From an uncultured Nitrososphaerota archaeon (lineage in GTDB: Archaea > Thermoproteota > Nitrososphaeria > Nitrososphaerales > CADDZS01), in contig CAWCYI010000006.1 of assembly GCA_963799845.1 (NCBI GenBank), forward strand, positions 1,056,001 through 1,120,000: a DNA stretch of 64,000 nt. Reading direction: 5' to 3'. The position numbers and the translations under genes are program-made. This document shows positions 54,834-64,000 of this stretch, in pieces. The number at the start of each line of letters is the position of its first letter. The first letter of the stretch is position 1. A model generated the notes under the pieces. The model was not told the origin of the DNA, did not search any database, and saw only the letters and a program-made list of their open reading frames with translations.

Positions 54834-55437
54834 CTTACACCTGTAACAGTATCATGTGACGATTTCTAGAGTCCTGACTATATCCCCCCACCAGTCTCAC
54901 CCCCAAACCAAAAAAAACTAGGTAGAGAGATTACTTTGACGGTCAAAGATGCGCTATTCTTAGGTAGTAAAGTGATCGTATTCTTTGTTGGTATGTATAT
55001 TGGATATGTCCTTAGAGGTTAGAATACATGACTAGTCATAGATCATTATCTAAGAATAAGCCGTTCTATTGTGAAAATTGCAAGCAATATTTTGAAAGTA
55101 ATTATACAGAATTAGCATTATTGGAGTTTAGATGTAAAAAATGCGGTGTAGAAATGCTCAATGAGAGATCGAAATTAAGGGAATTAATGAGAGAAACTAT
55201 GCACTGACAACTTCTTTTGTATGATGAATCTTTCCAATTCCCTTTTTCAAATAACACAATTCATGATAAATCGTATGTCAGTCTAGTTAACAGCCTTCAA
55301 AACCAAGGCTCATGTTCCTTTAAGTTACCTGAACCAAAATTTGCTCACTTCAAACATCAAATCATAATGATTCCGATTAGGCATTAACTCAGACTTACAC
55401 CTGTAACTGTATCATGCGGCAATTTCTAGAATCCTGA
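54834..55437. repeat. 44-bp imperfect direct repeat pair (54834-54877, 55394-55437) flanking an AT-rich insert
   Basis: CTTACACCTGTAACwGTATCATGyGrCrATTTCTAGArTCCTGA, 39/44 identical. Confidence 0.9.
55028..55207 (+). CDS. 59-aa zinc-ribbon protein (TFE/TFIIE-alpha ribbon-like), below the ORF-track cutoff
   Basis: MTSHRSLSKNKPFYCENCKQYFESNYTELALLEFRCKKCGVEMLNERSKLRELMRETMH; upstream AGAGGT. Confidence 0.6.
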   Translation: MTSHRSLSKNKPFYCENCKQYFESNYTELALLEFRCKKCGVEMLNERSKLRELMRETMH

Positions 55438-55594
55438 GAGAGAGGCTAAAATGGTGGGCTCTCTCTCTCACATGTGAACGCACACGTCTAAGGGGTGCCT
55501 GGCAATTTTTTCTCACCCGGCAGGGCTATTTGATGAAGTATTAGCAATTTCGGAGCGTACCACACTCGAATGTTCAGGAGGCTAATCTTTCTGC

Positions 55595-55966
55595 TCATTT
55601 CCTCGTCCTTCTAATCGCTTGATTTATCGCCTTTGCGACTGACTGCTTATCCTCTACTTCGAAAATGATTTTCCTATACTTTTCGTCATCCAAGGTTACG
55701 GTGATGCATTTGTCTGGGTGATGCATCTCGAAAAACATCATCCCATCGCTAGTCAGATAATCACCGACTTTGACCAGGCCAGGGAATAAGTGTGTCGAAA
55801 GATTGACTTTCGCACTTGTAAATGGCTTCCAAGCAACCCTCTGCGTTGAAACTGAGACGACGTGCTTTAGCGGGACTGTGATTGTTCTCTTAATCGTAAG
55901 AATCTTGTCGATACCGTGAAGCTCGAAAATCAGGTTGTTCCCCTCGATTTTCGCGGTCGCCGACAT
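55595..55966 (-). CDS. Hypothetical protein (possibly PH-like fold)
   Basis: 123-aa ORF; ITVPLKHVVSV..GLVKVG..YRKIIFEVED. Confidence 0.65.
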   Translation of the reverse strand: MSATAKIEGNNLIFELHGIDKILTIKRTITVPLKHVVSVSTQRVAWKPFTSAKVNLSTHLFPGLVKVGDYLTSDGMMFFEMHHPDKCITVTLDDEKYRKIIFEVEDKQSVAKAINQAIRRTRK

Positions 55967-56100
55967 TTACGCCAACTCTTTCTTGTATGGAAAGAAGTAT
56001 TTGAATGCGAGGAGGAGGTAAACTAATGGGGCTCTCTCTCCGTACATGAGTGGTAACTTTTCCTCAGACGCCATTTGCTTTGGTCAATTCTCCCAGGGGG

Positions 56101-56586
56101 TCACTTGCCCTTGGCGGGCATCCCCTTCCGGTAATCCTCTTCCAGGGCAGCCACTAGATTATCCCAGTACTTGTTCGCGTTGCGGACCCACTGACTCCGA
56201 GTGGGATGCTTTCGTGTCATCCACCGTTCCGTGAGAGATAGGGTCACTCGCGTTCGTCCAGAACCGAGGCGTGCAAGCTTGTAATCCACCGCGTCAAGGT
56301 CCGTCACGCCTATCTGATCCTTGTGCCAGGCGTCAGGTGGAATCAATCGGACGAGTTCCACGGCTACCTTGGGGCTCTCGATAGGAGTGACCCTCTCAAT
56401 GATTCGGACCACGCGATCCGACCCGACATGAATCACCTTGTGACGCGTCTTCGAGAATTTCCCGTCGTCACTCCGAAAGTCGGTGCACCATTCGTACACG
56501 TATTTGATCGGCGCCTTGATGGTCTTCGTGACCTGGGCATGATGTGAAGCAAAAACGCGTCGGCTGGATTCCGGCATGTGACCCAT
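56101..56586 (-). CDS. SRPBCC/START-like protein
   Basis: TIKAPIKYVYEWCTDF N-terminus, GRTRVTL, C-terminal helix. Confidence 0.6.
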   Translation of the reverse strand: MGHMPESSRRVFASHHAQVTKTIKAPIKYVYEWCTDFRSDDGKFSKTRHKVIHVGSDRVVRIIERVTPIESPKVAVELVRLIPPDAWHKDQIGVTDLDAVDYKLARLGSGRTRVTLSLTERWMTRKHPTRSQWVRNANKYWDNLVAALEEDYRKGMPAKGK

Positions 56587-56880
56587 TAGAGTGACGGATT
56601 CCTCGCTATCAAGGTTTTCCTCGTCGGTGCTGTTAAGTTGATGGGCCCTCCTTCAAGTTCCTCTTCCTGTTAACCATCGGGCCCTGAGCCGCGTTCTGGA
56701 TGATCTTCAGCCACTTAACTTAACAGCTATGTTCCTCAATATGAAATCAGAAATCGATCTTTTTTATCAATCCTTGAAATCTTGGATCTTTTCTTATTTC
56801 GTCAAATGAATGATCGACATTTGTCGCGAGAGTATAGCTTCTTTGTGATCTGGCCAGTGGGCATCCCTAAATCCAAGAGT

Positions 56881-57573
56881 TCATTCCTCGACCGCGCCCC
56901 CACGCTCACGCAGGTGTCGACGGAGACTGTAGGAGGGATCCATCTCGCGTTTTGCTAGATAATCGTCAAAATCGAGCTGATCCCAGAGCCTCTTTCCGGC
57001 TTTGATCTTCTCCGCCTGGCTGCGCTCAACATTGTGAATTGACTTTGCGACTTTCAAAATTTCCTCAAGCTTACTTAACGAAACGAAAATGACTCCATCG
57101 TCATCCGCGAAAACAATGTCGCTGCTGTCAACTGCAAAACTCTCCCAATCCGCGGATACAAGGTCGAGGGGGCCTCGCTCGTCCAAGCGACGAGGGCCCG
57201 CAGAAAGTGATCCGTAGCTGAACACGGGGAAACCAATTGGCACGAGTTCACTCGTGTCCCGAATTAGACCTCTCACGACGAAGCCTGACAAGCCCCAGGT
57301 CCTAGCTTCGAGCACTGTAAGATCGCCGATGCAGCTTTCGTCGGTTCTTCCTTGATTATCGATAACTAACACGTCCCCTGGAATTGATTTCTTCATGGCT
57401 TCGATGAAAACATCGACGCTCCCCCTGTGACGGGCTGGCAGAACCCTTCCTGCAACGCGCATTCCACGGACAAGTGGATGTATTCCTGAGGGCGCCATTC
57501 GTAGAGGAATGTGCAGCCGAACGCAGGCGTCCGCTATAAGCGGAGTTGTTAGGTCAGCAAAAATATCTTCCAT
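56881..57573 (-). CDS. RraA/HMG-aldolase family protein
   Basis: IADAC, VAGRV, GDVLVID, IGDL, GLIRD and DIVFADDDGV. Confidence 0.9.
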   Translation of the reverse strand: MEDIFADLTTPLIADACVRLHIPLRMAPSGIHPLVRGMRVAGRVLPARHRGSVDVFIEAMKKSIPGDVLVIDNQGRTDESCIGDLTVLEARTWGLSGFVVRGLIRDTSELVPIGFPVFSYGSLSAGPRRLDERGPLDLVSADWESFAVDSSDIVFADDDGVIFVSLSKLEEILKVAKSIHNVERSQAEKIKAGKRLWDQLDFDDYLAKREMDPSYSLRRHLRERGGAVEE

Positions 57574-57780
57574 GGGACCACAACCAATTGAAATCTTGGG
57601 TGATAAATCTATGATCCAGCGTCTAACTCCGCAGAATTCCGGAGCTTTACCTCTTACGAAAGCTGCCTCACTTTGCGAATGCTCAGGCGCGACAAACCGC
57701 TCGATTAGTCTAGTATCTCATATGAAACATTCAGATATCGGGTTGGAGGTAACAAATTGAACCCACCTATAAATAGGATA

Positions 57781-57803
57781 GTTCCGAATCCCATCCCCTC
57801 CGC
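57781..57803 (+). other. Degenerate tRNA 3'-end-like fragment (Ser-like)
   Basis: GTTCCGAAT-CCCAT-CCCCTCC-GC; no 5' half upstream. Confidence 0.4.
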
Positions 57804-58133
57804 GCCGATTCTTGCAATATAGAAGCTACAGAACCAAAGAATCGACTGTTTCTCTCGCTGACAGATATTTTGAGAATCAGTGACAGGTATTTTGAGACGA
57901 ATGACAGGAACTTTGAGAAGCGACAACTTTCAGAGAGAGAGCTGAAATGGTGGGGTCGGCCTTGAACCGGCGATTTGTGGCGAAGATTTTCGACCGTCAG
58001 TGAGAAGAAATCTCATTAGTCCTCGCTAAACGTCAAATTCTAATTCCATCCATTTGTTGTGATCGGTTGCTTGATCTTACCATAAAGCGTAAAGCAAAAT
58101 TTTCAAATTGAGCCATGAAGAGCAGGCTGCAAA

Positions 58134-59495
58134 TTGAAAGTCGCAATAATTGGAGCCGGCAGTGCCGTCTTTTGGTTGTCATTGACCAGAGATTTCTGTA
58201 CCATGAATAGTGCTTCCGGGAGTACTTTCACGCTTGTCGATATCAACAAGGAACGATTGGATGCGGTCTATGATTTGGGAAGCCGCTACATCAAAGACCT
58301 TGGAACGGACATCAAACTCGAAAAGACGCTCGACCGTCGAAAGGCGATGGAGGGAGCAGACTTTGTTGTCAATACGGCAATGCCAGGCGGGCACGAGCAT
58401 CAGGAAGCGATGAGAAGTGTCGGAATGAAGCATGGGTATTACATGGGAGTTGACAACGCCGAGCACAATTTTGTCTGGGATTATTTCACCATCTTGGGAT
58501 ACAAGCAGTACAATCTAGCCCTCGAAATTGCGAGGGACATCGAAGAGATCTGCCCGGACGCATGGATGATGCAAACAGCTAATCCAATTTTTGAAGTCGC
58601 GACATTACTCCGGCGCAACAGCAAGATCAAGGTGGCCGGGTTTTGTCCCGGATACCACGCCGTTCACCACCTCATGTTTGCAGTTGGCTTGAGCCCAGCT
58701 GAGGTCGATTTCCAGGTTGCAGGGTTCAATCATTGCATCTATCTAACCAAATTCAAGAACAAAGAAACGGGAGAGGATGCCTATCCCCTACTAGATGGAT
58801 GGACGAAAACAGGGGCTCCCGAGCTTTGGAAAAATCATGACCTTGGTCTTTGGACCGAGACAGTTAGCCCTGCTGCTGTTGACATGTACGAACTCTACGG
58901 GATGTATCCAATTGGCGACACAGCGAGGTGTTTCTCATGGAAGTACCACTACGATCTGGAGACCGCGAAAAAATGGTACGGCGAAATCGGCGGTACCGAT
59001 TCAGAGCTTGGTCTCCAGTTGTGCTTAGATCGATTTCAAGGCAATGTCGACAGGATGTTCAGGCTCCTAAAGAACCCCAATCTGAATCTCACCAAAGAAA
59101 TTCGTCCCTCGAAAGGAAATGACGAATTCTCCGATTTCATAGATGCTATTTCATTGGGAGAGGAAAAGCGCCTCGTGTTGAATATTCCAAACGAGGGCAT
59201 ACTTACTCAATTTCCAAATGACCTTTCGATAGAGGTTCCTGTCAGCATCGTCAATGGAAAGTTGTACCCAGAACACGTGGAACCTTTTCCAAGCCGTTTG
59301 CTCAACTTTGTGATGAGGCCGAGGATGCTGAGGATGGAGTGGGCTCTTGAGGCTTATGACAGTGGAGACAAAGAGATGCTGGTTGAAAACCTAATTCGTG
59401 ATCCCAGGACAAAGTCCGAGGCGCAGGCGAGAGAGACGATCGACGATCTGCTCAATATGCCCCTCAATGCTGACATGAAGGCGCATTACAAGTGA
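58134..59495 (+). CDS. GH4 NAD-dependent glycosidase (alpha-glucosidase/galactosidase/glucuronidase type)
   Basis: IIGAGS, ADFVVNT, CPDAW..TANP, GFC, AGFNH and PIGDT. Confidence 0.92.
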   Translation: MKVAIIGAGSAVFWLSLTRDFCTMNSASGSTFTLVDINKERLDAVYDLGSRYIKDLGTDIKLEKTLDRRKAMEGADFVVNTAMPGGHEHQEAMRSVGMKHGYYMGVDNAEHNFVWDYFTILGYKQYNLALEIARDIEEICPDAWMMQTANPIFEVATLLRRNSKIKVAGFCPGYHAVHHLMFAVGLSPAEVDFQVAGFNHCIYLTKFKNKETGEDAYPLLDGWTKTGAPELWKNHDLGLWTETVSPAAVDMYELYGMYPIGDTARCFSWKYHYDLETAKKWYGEIGGTDSELGLQLCLDRFQGNVDRMFRLLKNPNLNLTKEIRPSKGNDEFSDFIDAISLGEEKRLVLNIPNEGILTQFPNDLSIEVPVSIVNGKLYPEHVEPFPSRLLNFVMRPRMLRMEWALEAYDSGDKEMLVENLIRDPRTKSEAQARETIDDLLNMPLNADMKAHYK

Positions 59496-59517
59496 GTTCA
59501 AGGAGTTTGTATTTGAA

Positions 59518-59796
59518 ATGAGTGCAGCAAGTCAATCACAGGGTCCGGACATTGGCGCATCGAGCGGAGGAACGTGCAATACAGAGTTGAAATTGGGAGA
59601 TTCGTGCGATTCATGCTGGAGGGGAATCATGATGCCTCCGGGCGGTATCAGTTATTACGTTCAAGAGATCGCGAAATATGGAAACATTCGACATTCTAGA
59701 GGTCAATACAAGATCAAGTGTCCAAGGTGTGGTCACTGGCATACTTCAATCGGACTCGATCTCAAAACCGGGTTCGATCCGATCGAAACGCCCTAA
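59518..59796 (+). CDS. Small Cys-rich (CxxC...CxxC) hypothetical protein
   Basis: CDSC and CPRC; 22-bp gaps to both neighbours on the same strand. Confidence 0.6.
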   Translation: MSAASQSQGPDIGASSGGTCNTELKLGDSCDSCWRGIMMPPGGISYYVQEIAKYGNIRHSRGQYKIKCPRCGHWHTSIGLDLKTGFDPIETP

Positions 59797-59818
59797 GAAT
59801 TCAAGGTTATTGAAAAAC

Positions 59819-61207
59819 ATGCCTTCTTCAGAATCTGAGTCATCTTACTCTCTAGAAAGGCTCTCCCAAGAGCTTGAATCGGGAAAGCTAACCGTGAATG
59901 AAGTTGTTCGGGACGAAATCTCGAATATCCAAACTTACAGCGATCTCAACGCCTTCGTCACGACGTTCGATTTTGATTCCCAAATAATTTCGGAAGCTAT
60001 CAAAAATGCAGGATCATATCTCAAGCGGAAGTCAAAAAATCTACCATCTCTGGCCGGGATTCCATTCGCGATCAAAGACAACGTTTTCGTTTCTGGTTAC
60101 AGAGCGACGAATGGATGCGTTGCATTCAAGGATTTCATCCCAAACGTGAACGGGGATGTATTCGATCTGTTCTATTCAAGGGGCGCGATCCCTCTAGGGA
60201 AGACAAATCTTCACGAACTATGTCTGGGACCCACTTGTTCAGCATCCTTTTTTGGTCCCGTAAGGAATCCAATTGATTCATCGCGGGTAACGGGGGGATC
60301 GAGCGGCGGTTCGGCTGTCTCCGTCGCACGGGCAAAATACGCGCTTGCAAGCATTGGTTCTGATACTGGGGGGTCAGTAAGAATTCCGGCGGCATTATGC
60401 GGAATCTGCGGATTCAAGCCTACTATTAACACGATCAGCTCGTTCGGAGTCTTCCCGCTGAGCGCGACGTTGGATACCGTCGGCGTGCTAGCGAGAACTA
60501 TGGAGGATCTGATTTTCTCCCTTTGTGGCATTATGCCGGAAAAATTCCAACTTGAAACCTCTATGAAATCGAGAAAAAGAAAAGTGAAAATTGGAATACC
60601 GGGGAAGAGGTATTTTGACGGAGCCGACAGATCTGTGCTCAAAGCTTTTTGGAACGCTATTGAAAAAATCCGTGGAGAGTTCGAAATAATTGAAGGAATC
60701 TCGATCCCTGACGAAGATAGGATTGCCCGCGTAAGAAGATCAATCATGTTGAGGGAGGGTGCGTGGTTTTACTCTGAAGTTCTAGGGAATGAAGAGTACA
60801 GGAAAAGAATGGACCCTGACGTGCTTACACCCCTTGATGCCGGACTGAAGATGGGAATGGTAGAAGCGATGCAAGCAGAAGCCTTCAGAGTCGCATTTAC
60901 ATCCAAAATGTTTGCAGTTTTCAATGATGTCAACTACGTCGCGATGCCTACATGCCTCATCGAGCCGCCCAAACTTGAGGACATGCTTGATAGATCGAAA
61001 TACGCGCTCGCGAGGCCCCTTTTGATCAGGAACCCCGAGGTCTGGAATCTGTGCGGGTTTCCAGCGCTTTCTCTCCCGAGCAACCGGCTAGACGGTCACT
61101 CTCTTCCGACCGGTTTGCAATTAGCTGGAAAATACGGTGATGATATCGGTGTCTTAGAAGTCGGAAGTAGAATCTGGCAGTTAATCCATCCACTTTCAAA
61201 TGTGTGA
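59819..61207 (+). CDS. Amidase signature family protein
   Basis: GIPFAIKD, GKTNLHE, GGSSGGS and GSDTGGSVRIPA; start placed at ATG 59819. Confidence 0.92.
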   Translation: MPSSESESSYSLERLSQELESGKLTVNEVVRDEISNIQTYSDLNAFVTTFDFDSQIISEAIKNAGSYLKRKSKNLPSLAGIPFAIKDNVFVSGYRATNGCVAFKDFIPNVNGDVFDLFYSRGAIPLGKTNLHELCLGPTCSASFFGPVRNPIDSSRVTGGSSGGSAVSVARAKYALASIGSDTGGSVRIPAALCGICGFKPTINTISSFGVFPLSATLDTVGVLARTMEDLIFSLCGIMPEKFQLETSMKSRKRKVKIGIPGKRYFDGADRSVLKAFWNAIEKIRGEFEIIEGISIPDEDRIARVRRSIMLREGAWFYSEVLGNEEYRKRMDPDVLTPLDAGLKMGMVEAMQAEAFRVAFTSKMFAVFNDVNYVAMPTCLIEPPKLEDMLDRSKYALARPLLIRNPEVWNLCGFPALSLPSNRLDGHSLPTGLQLAGKYGDDIGVLEVGSRIWQLIHPLSNV

Positions 61208-61521
61208 GAGCATTCGCTGTAAAAATGGAACATGAAGCGGCGAGAGCCGAGACAAAGCACGAAACCAGATTAAGGAGTTTTCGAAGCTCCTTCCCGCTTG
61301 CGAAATTTTATCGATAAACGGGCGTGGCACGAGGTTTCAACCAAAAGAAACCCTCCGCGTGACATCCTTTGAGGGCTGTTGTTTTCCTAGGAAATCAACT
61401 TGATATTGGGAGCCGAGGGAACGCAGTGATCGTTTTCTGCTATCCCTTCTAACTGGGCGAGCAAAGTCGGGGCACAGATTTTCCACCCAGAAAAAGGGTA
61501 GATTCTTCCCCCTTCCTGTTC

Positions 61522-61917
61522 CTACCATCGAAAGTAGTATCCTCTACGACGAAGATCGGATTCGAGTTCCTCCTTCCTCGCTCTTATCAGTCTAGCCATG
61601 TGAAGAACGCTTTCATCCGTCAATTCCTCGAGTTCTTTTGGACTGAGCTGCCGCTTGTAGTCATAACTCGAATTGAGAGAACCTTCAATGAAATCATCGA
61701 TCTTTAGCAGTGGCGTCTGCCCATTTTTTGAAGAGACGTATTCTTTCAGCGCCGATCTTATCACACCTGTTAGGCTACTACCTTCATCTTTCCCAATCAA
61801 AATTGCGGCATCAAGAACCGCCTTGTCTTCCTGCCTGAAGTTCAACGGGTGCACCCATCTCGGCTTTAACGTCAAGGTATGAACTATCCTCAATCTGTGA
61901 TGTTGTACTGCGTGCAT
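61522..61917 (-). CDS. Hypothetical protein with a putative ribbon-helix-helix N-terminus
   Basis: VHPLNFRQEDKAVLDAA..EGSSLTGVIRSALKEYV; true start probably downstream of 61917. Confidence 0.5.
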   Translation of the reverse strand: MHAVQHHRLRIVHTLTLKPRWVHPLNFRQEDKAVLDAAILIGKDEGSSLTGVIRSALKEYVSSKNGQTPLLKIDDFIEGSLNSSYDYKRQLSPKELEELTDESVLHMARLIRARKEELESDLRRRGYYFRW

Positions 61918-61977
61918 GTACTGCAGCGCTCAGGGTAGATACGTTTCCAATGCCTCCGGATGTCCCTTCCCCTGGCT

Positions 61978-62458
61978 TTACAACTCTATCATTGACTGAA
62001 TCTCGACATACTTCGGCTCCCAGTTTCCTGCTTCCTTCTGTGCCCTCGCTATCCCTGTGACTGTGGGTTTCCAAATTCCAATGCTGTCCTCGGTAGCCGG
62101 ATAGAGTTGTCCCTTCTCGACCAGGTTTTTTCGTGAGAATTTTATTACCGTTTCAACGACGTTCTTTTTAGATTCGGAGTAAACAGACTCGTAAATCGGT
62201 AGCGGTAAGTTCACGATACCACTTGCTTTTCACTTCCTCCAAAACAAATTTCGTCCGAACTCCGGACAAATGAGATTCAGATAAGACGCAAAGTATTGGA
62301 ATTTCTGGACTGCTTCGCGCCGGTGATCTCGTGGTGGCTGAGACGAAATTCCTGTAGTTCCTCCGTCGTCCCCGGAACGATTCGTTTTCTTGTAGATCAG
62401 AATCCTCCGAGATTCCTCTTGGATCCTCTCCAGTCGCTAATTTTGCTTCAGGTTTCAT
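61978..62458 (-). CDS. Stand-alone Mrr N-terminal-like winged-helix protein (apparent +1 frameshift at 62185-62189)
   Basis: PILCVL..DLRAVYSES..VETVIKFSRKNLVEKG..GIWKPTVTG after repair. Confidence 0.55.
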
Positions 62459-63046
62459 GAGTTGTTTCGAAATACGCGACAGAAAAGAGCCTCGTAATAA
62501 GCGTCCTTCTCTGCTAGTTCAGACGAGCACTCTGCAATGTTTCCCTAAAGTCCGGAGATTCCGAGATCTATCTACTGGTTCCTGATGCCGCTCTGTCTTC
62601 TACGGACAACGGTAGAGGAGGGAGTCGCTCTGTTTGTATCAGCTTGCAATTACCGCTAGGCACTTCTTCCCGATTTAGCGGTGGTTACTGCTGTTAGTTC
62701 CGGCTGCTTCGGCGCTACTATTTGCCGCTGCCTAGCGCTCGTTTAGATTTATTCGCCGTCACCAGCTTGTAAAGATGGGGCGCCGCTAGATGCGCTTTCG
62801 AAGCCAGAGTTCACCTCTGGAATTCATCATTTCCACATACCATTCGCGCGTTGTCGCTTCTTGTTCGGTTTGTCCGGCGAACGCTACAGACTGACCGGCG
62901 AGCAGGGCAGGCACCAGCTTGCCAGCGAGCTGCCCAAAATACTATTGGATGTCATCCCAGGATTTGCCGACGATCTACTATGATGTCTTCGAGAGCACGT
63001 CCCCGGAACGTCTTGCAATCATTATGTCTTTCAATGTGTAGTATCA

Positions 63047-63094
63047 TGGTGCAAACATCATTGTTAACTTGGTGCAAACATCATTGTTAACTTG
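63047..63094. repeat. 23-bp perfect tandem duplication
   Basis: TGGTGCAAACATCATTGTTAACT x2. Confidence 0.9.
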
Positions 63095-63530
63095 AATGCA
63101 ACATTGCGTGCACGTTCTGAATTACTCTTTGCAGATCTTTCTTCCCAGTTTTTTTGGGTCATGCCGGACATTCAGCCCATCCGATGATTAACAAATCGAC
63201 TCGAGATGCCTATGCGAGTGCGTTAACGCTTCGCTCAAATGCACCTATGCTTATTTTGGATGGAGCAACTGAGCCGCTGCATAGCCCTCTGGAGATTTAC
63301 ACGGAGGTTAGCTCTCCAAATCGGATCACGGAACCCAGTCCTGCCAAAGCTGTTAATGGTCAAGGGAACTAATAACTCTTGAAGGCGTATTCCGAAGTCG
63401 CCGTCAAAATTTTCGAGCGGGAAGGGAGTCCATTCAAAGATGTTCTTGAGACCTTTATCCGCTCATATCCACTATCGTCACCTAGAAAGATTAATTTCTA
63501 GATCCCAAGGCAGGGTGGCTTGGCCACACA

Positions 63531-64000
63531 ATGGCAAGAAAAAGATCAGGCAAACCGTTAGAGATTGCACTCGATATCGGGGAGAATGAAAAAGATCCTA
63601 ACGAGTTCAAGGAGTGCGTAATACTTGCAGAGAAACTCGGTTTCGACGTCGCGTGGCTCGGAGATCACTTCATGCCGTGGGTCCACAGCAGCGACAGATC
63701 TTCGTTTGTCTGGTCCCTCATGGGTGCGTGTCTTGAAGCTTCAAAGAAAGTAAGGCTCGGTCCTTATGTCACTACCCCGATAGGCGCCAGATATCATCCG
63801 CTGATAATTGCTCAAGCCTCAGCAACCCTTGACAACATGTATCCTGGTCGGTTCCTTCTGACAGTAGGAACCGGTGAAGCCATGAACGAAGCCCCGTTCT
63901 TTCAGGGATGGCCGCCCTGGAAGGAGCGCATGGAAAGGCTTGTCGAGGGAATTCAGCTGATCAAGAAGTTCTGGACAAGCAAATCATACTTTGATTTTGA
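63531..64000 (+). CDS. LLM-class (probably F420-dependent) oxidoreductase, partial (runs off window)
   Basis: MARKRSGKPLEIALD..GFDVAWLGDHFMPW..RYHPLIIAQASATL..VGTGEAMNE. Confidence 0.88.
   Translation, partial: MARKRSGKPLEIALDIGENEKDPNEFKECVILAEKLGFDVAWLGDHFMPWVHSSDRSSFVWSLMGACLEASKKVRLGPYVTTPIGARYHPLIIAQASATLDNMYPGRFLLTVGTGEAMNEAPFFQGWPPWKERMERLVEGIQLIKKFWTSKSYFDF

Noticed and set aside
50079-57573. Classical integron
   Set aside because: No integron integrase, no clear attC (RYYYAAC..GTTRRRY) structures, and mixed gene orientation overall.
59819-61207. gatA assignment for the amidase
   Set aside because: No adjacent gatB/gatC, and the GatA-typical DEFAMGS motif is replaced by HELCLGP; kept as a generic amidase.
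383-62189. Programmed ribosomal frameshifting or mass pseudogenisation as the cause of the split genes
   Set aside because: The motif occurs in both orientations and in different codon phases, there are no slippery sequences, and the genes show no other decay. A sequencing artefact fits better.
505-63372. Numerous 60-190-aa ORFs antisense to or nested in assigned genes
   Set aside because: Shadow ORFs with no motifs, overlapping well-supported CDSs.

Overview
Archaeal genomic DNA, most consistent with a heterotrophic, non-ammonia-oxidising Nitrososphaerota/TACK lineage (inferred from many TTG/GTG starts, TATA-like promoters, F420-type LLM enzymes and DUF3227-like domains). Layout: (1) 1-20 kb is a mixed region with a GH15 glucoamylase, an enolase-superfamily dehydratase, an intact single-ORF IS66, three large secreted proteins (two paralogous WNG-repeat propellers bracketing a DUF3227-like regulatory trio) and an IS110 with a structured non-coding end whose internal loop matches both insertion junctions (candidate bridge RNA). 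(2) 20-48.7 kb is a carbohydrate/polyol catabolic island: split Opp/Dpp ABC transporter, GlpD/GlpK, 3 Gfo/Idh/MocA, 5 TIM-barrel sugar isomerase/epimerases, SDR, M24, class II aldolase, BKACE, 2-hydroxyacid DH, FGGY kinase, Zn-ADH and LUD. (3) IS481 with a 15-bp TSD, then a patchwork of small genes with a 44-bp direct repeat and tRNA-3'-like scars. (4) GH4/amidase operon, RHH and Mrr_N-like genes, and a partial LLM gene. Eleven of the twelve frameshifts I found are single-base insertions whose removal leaves an AGCT site, which points to a DNA-modification-linked sequencing artefact rather than pseudogenes. I saw no rRNA, complete tRNA or CRISPR array. All family calls are from motif recognition by eye, without database searches.
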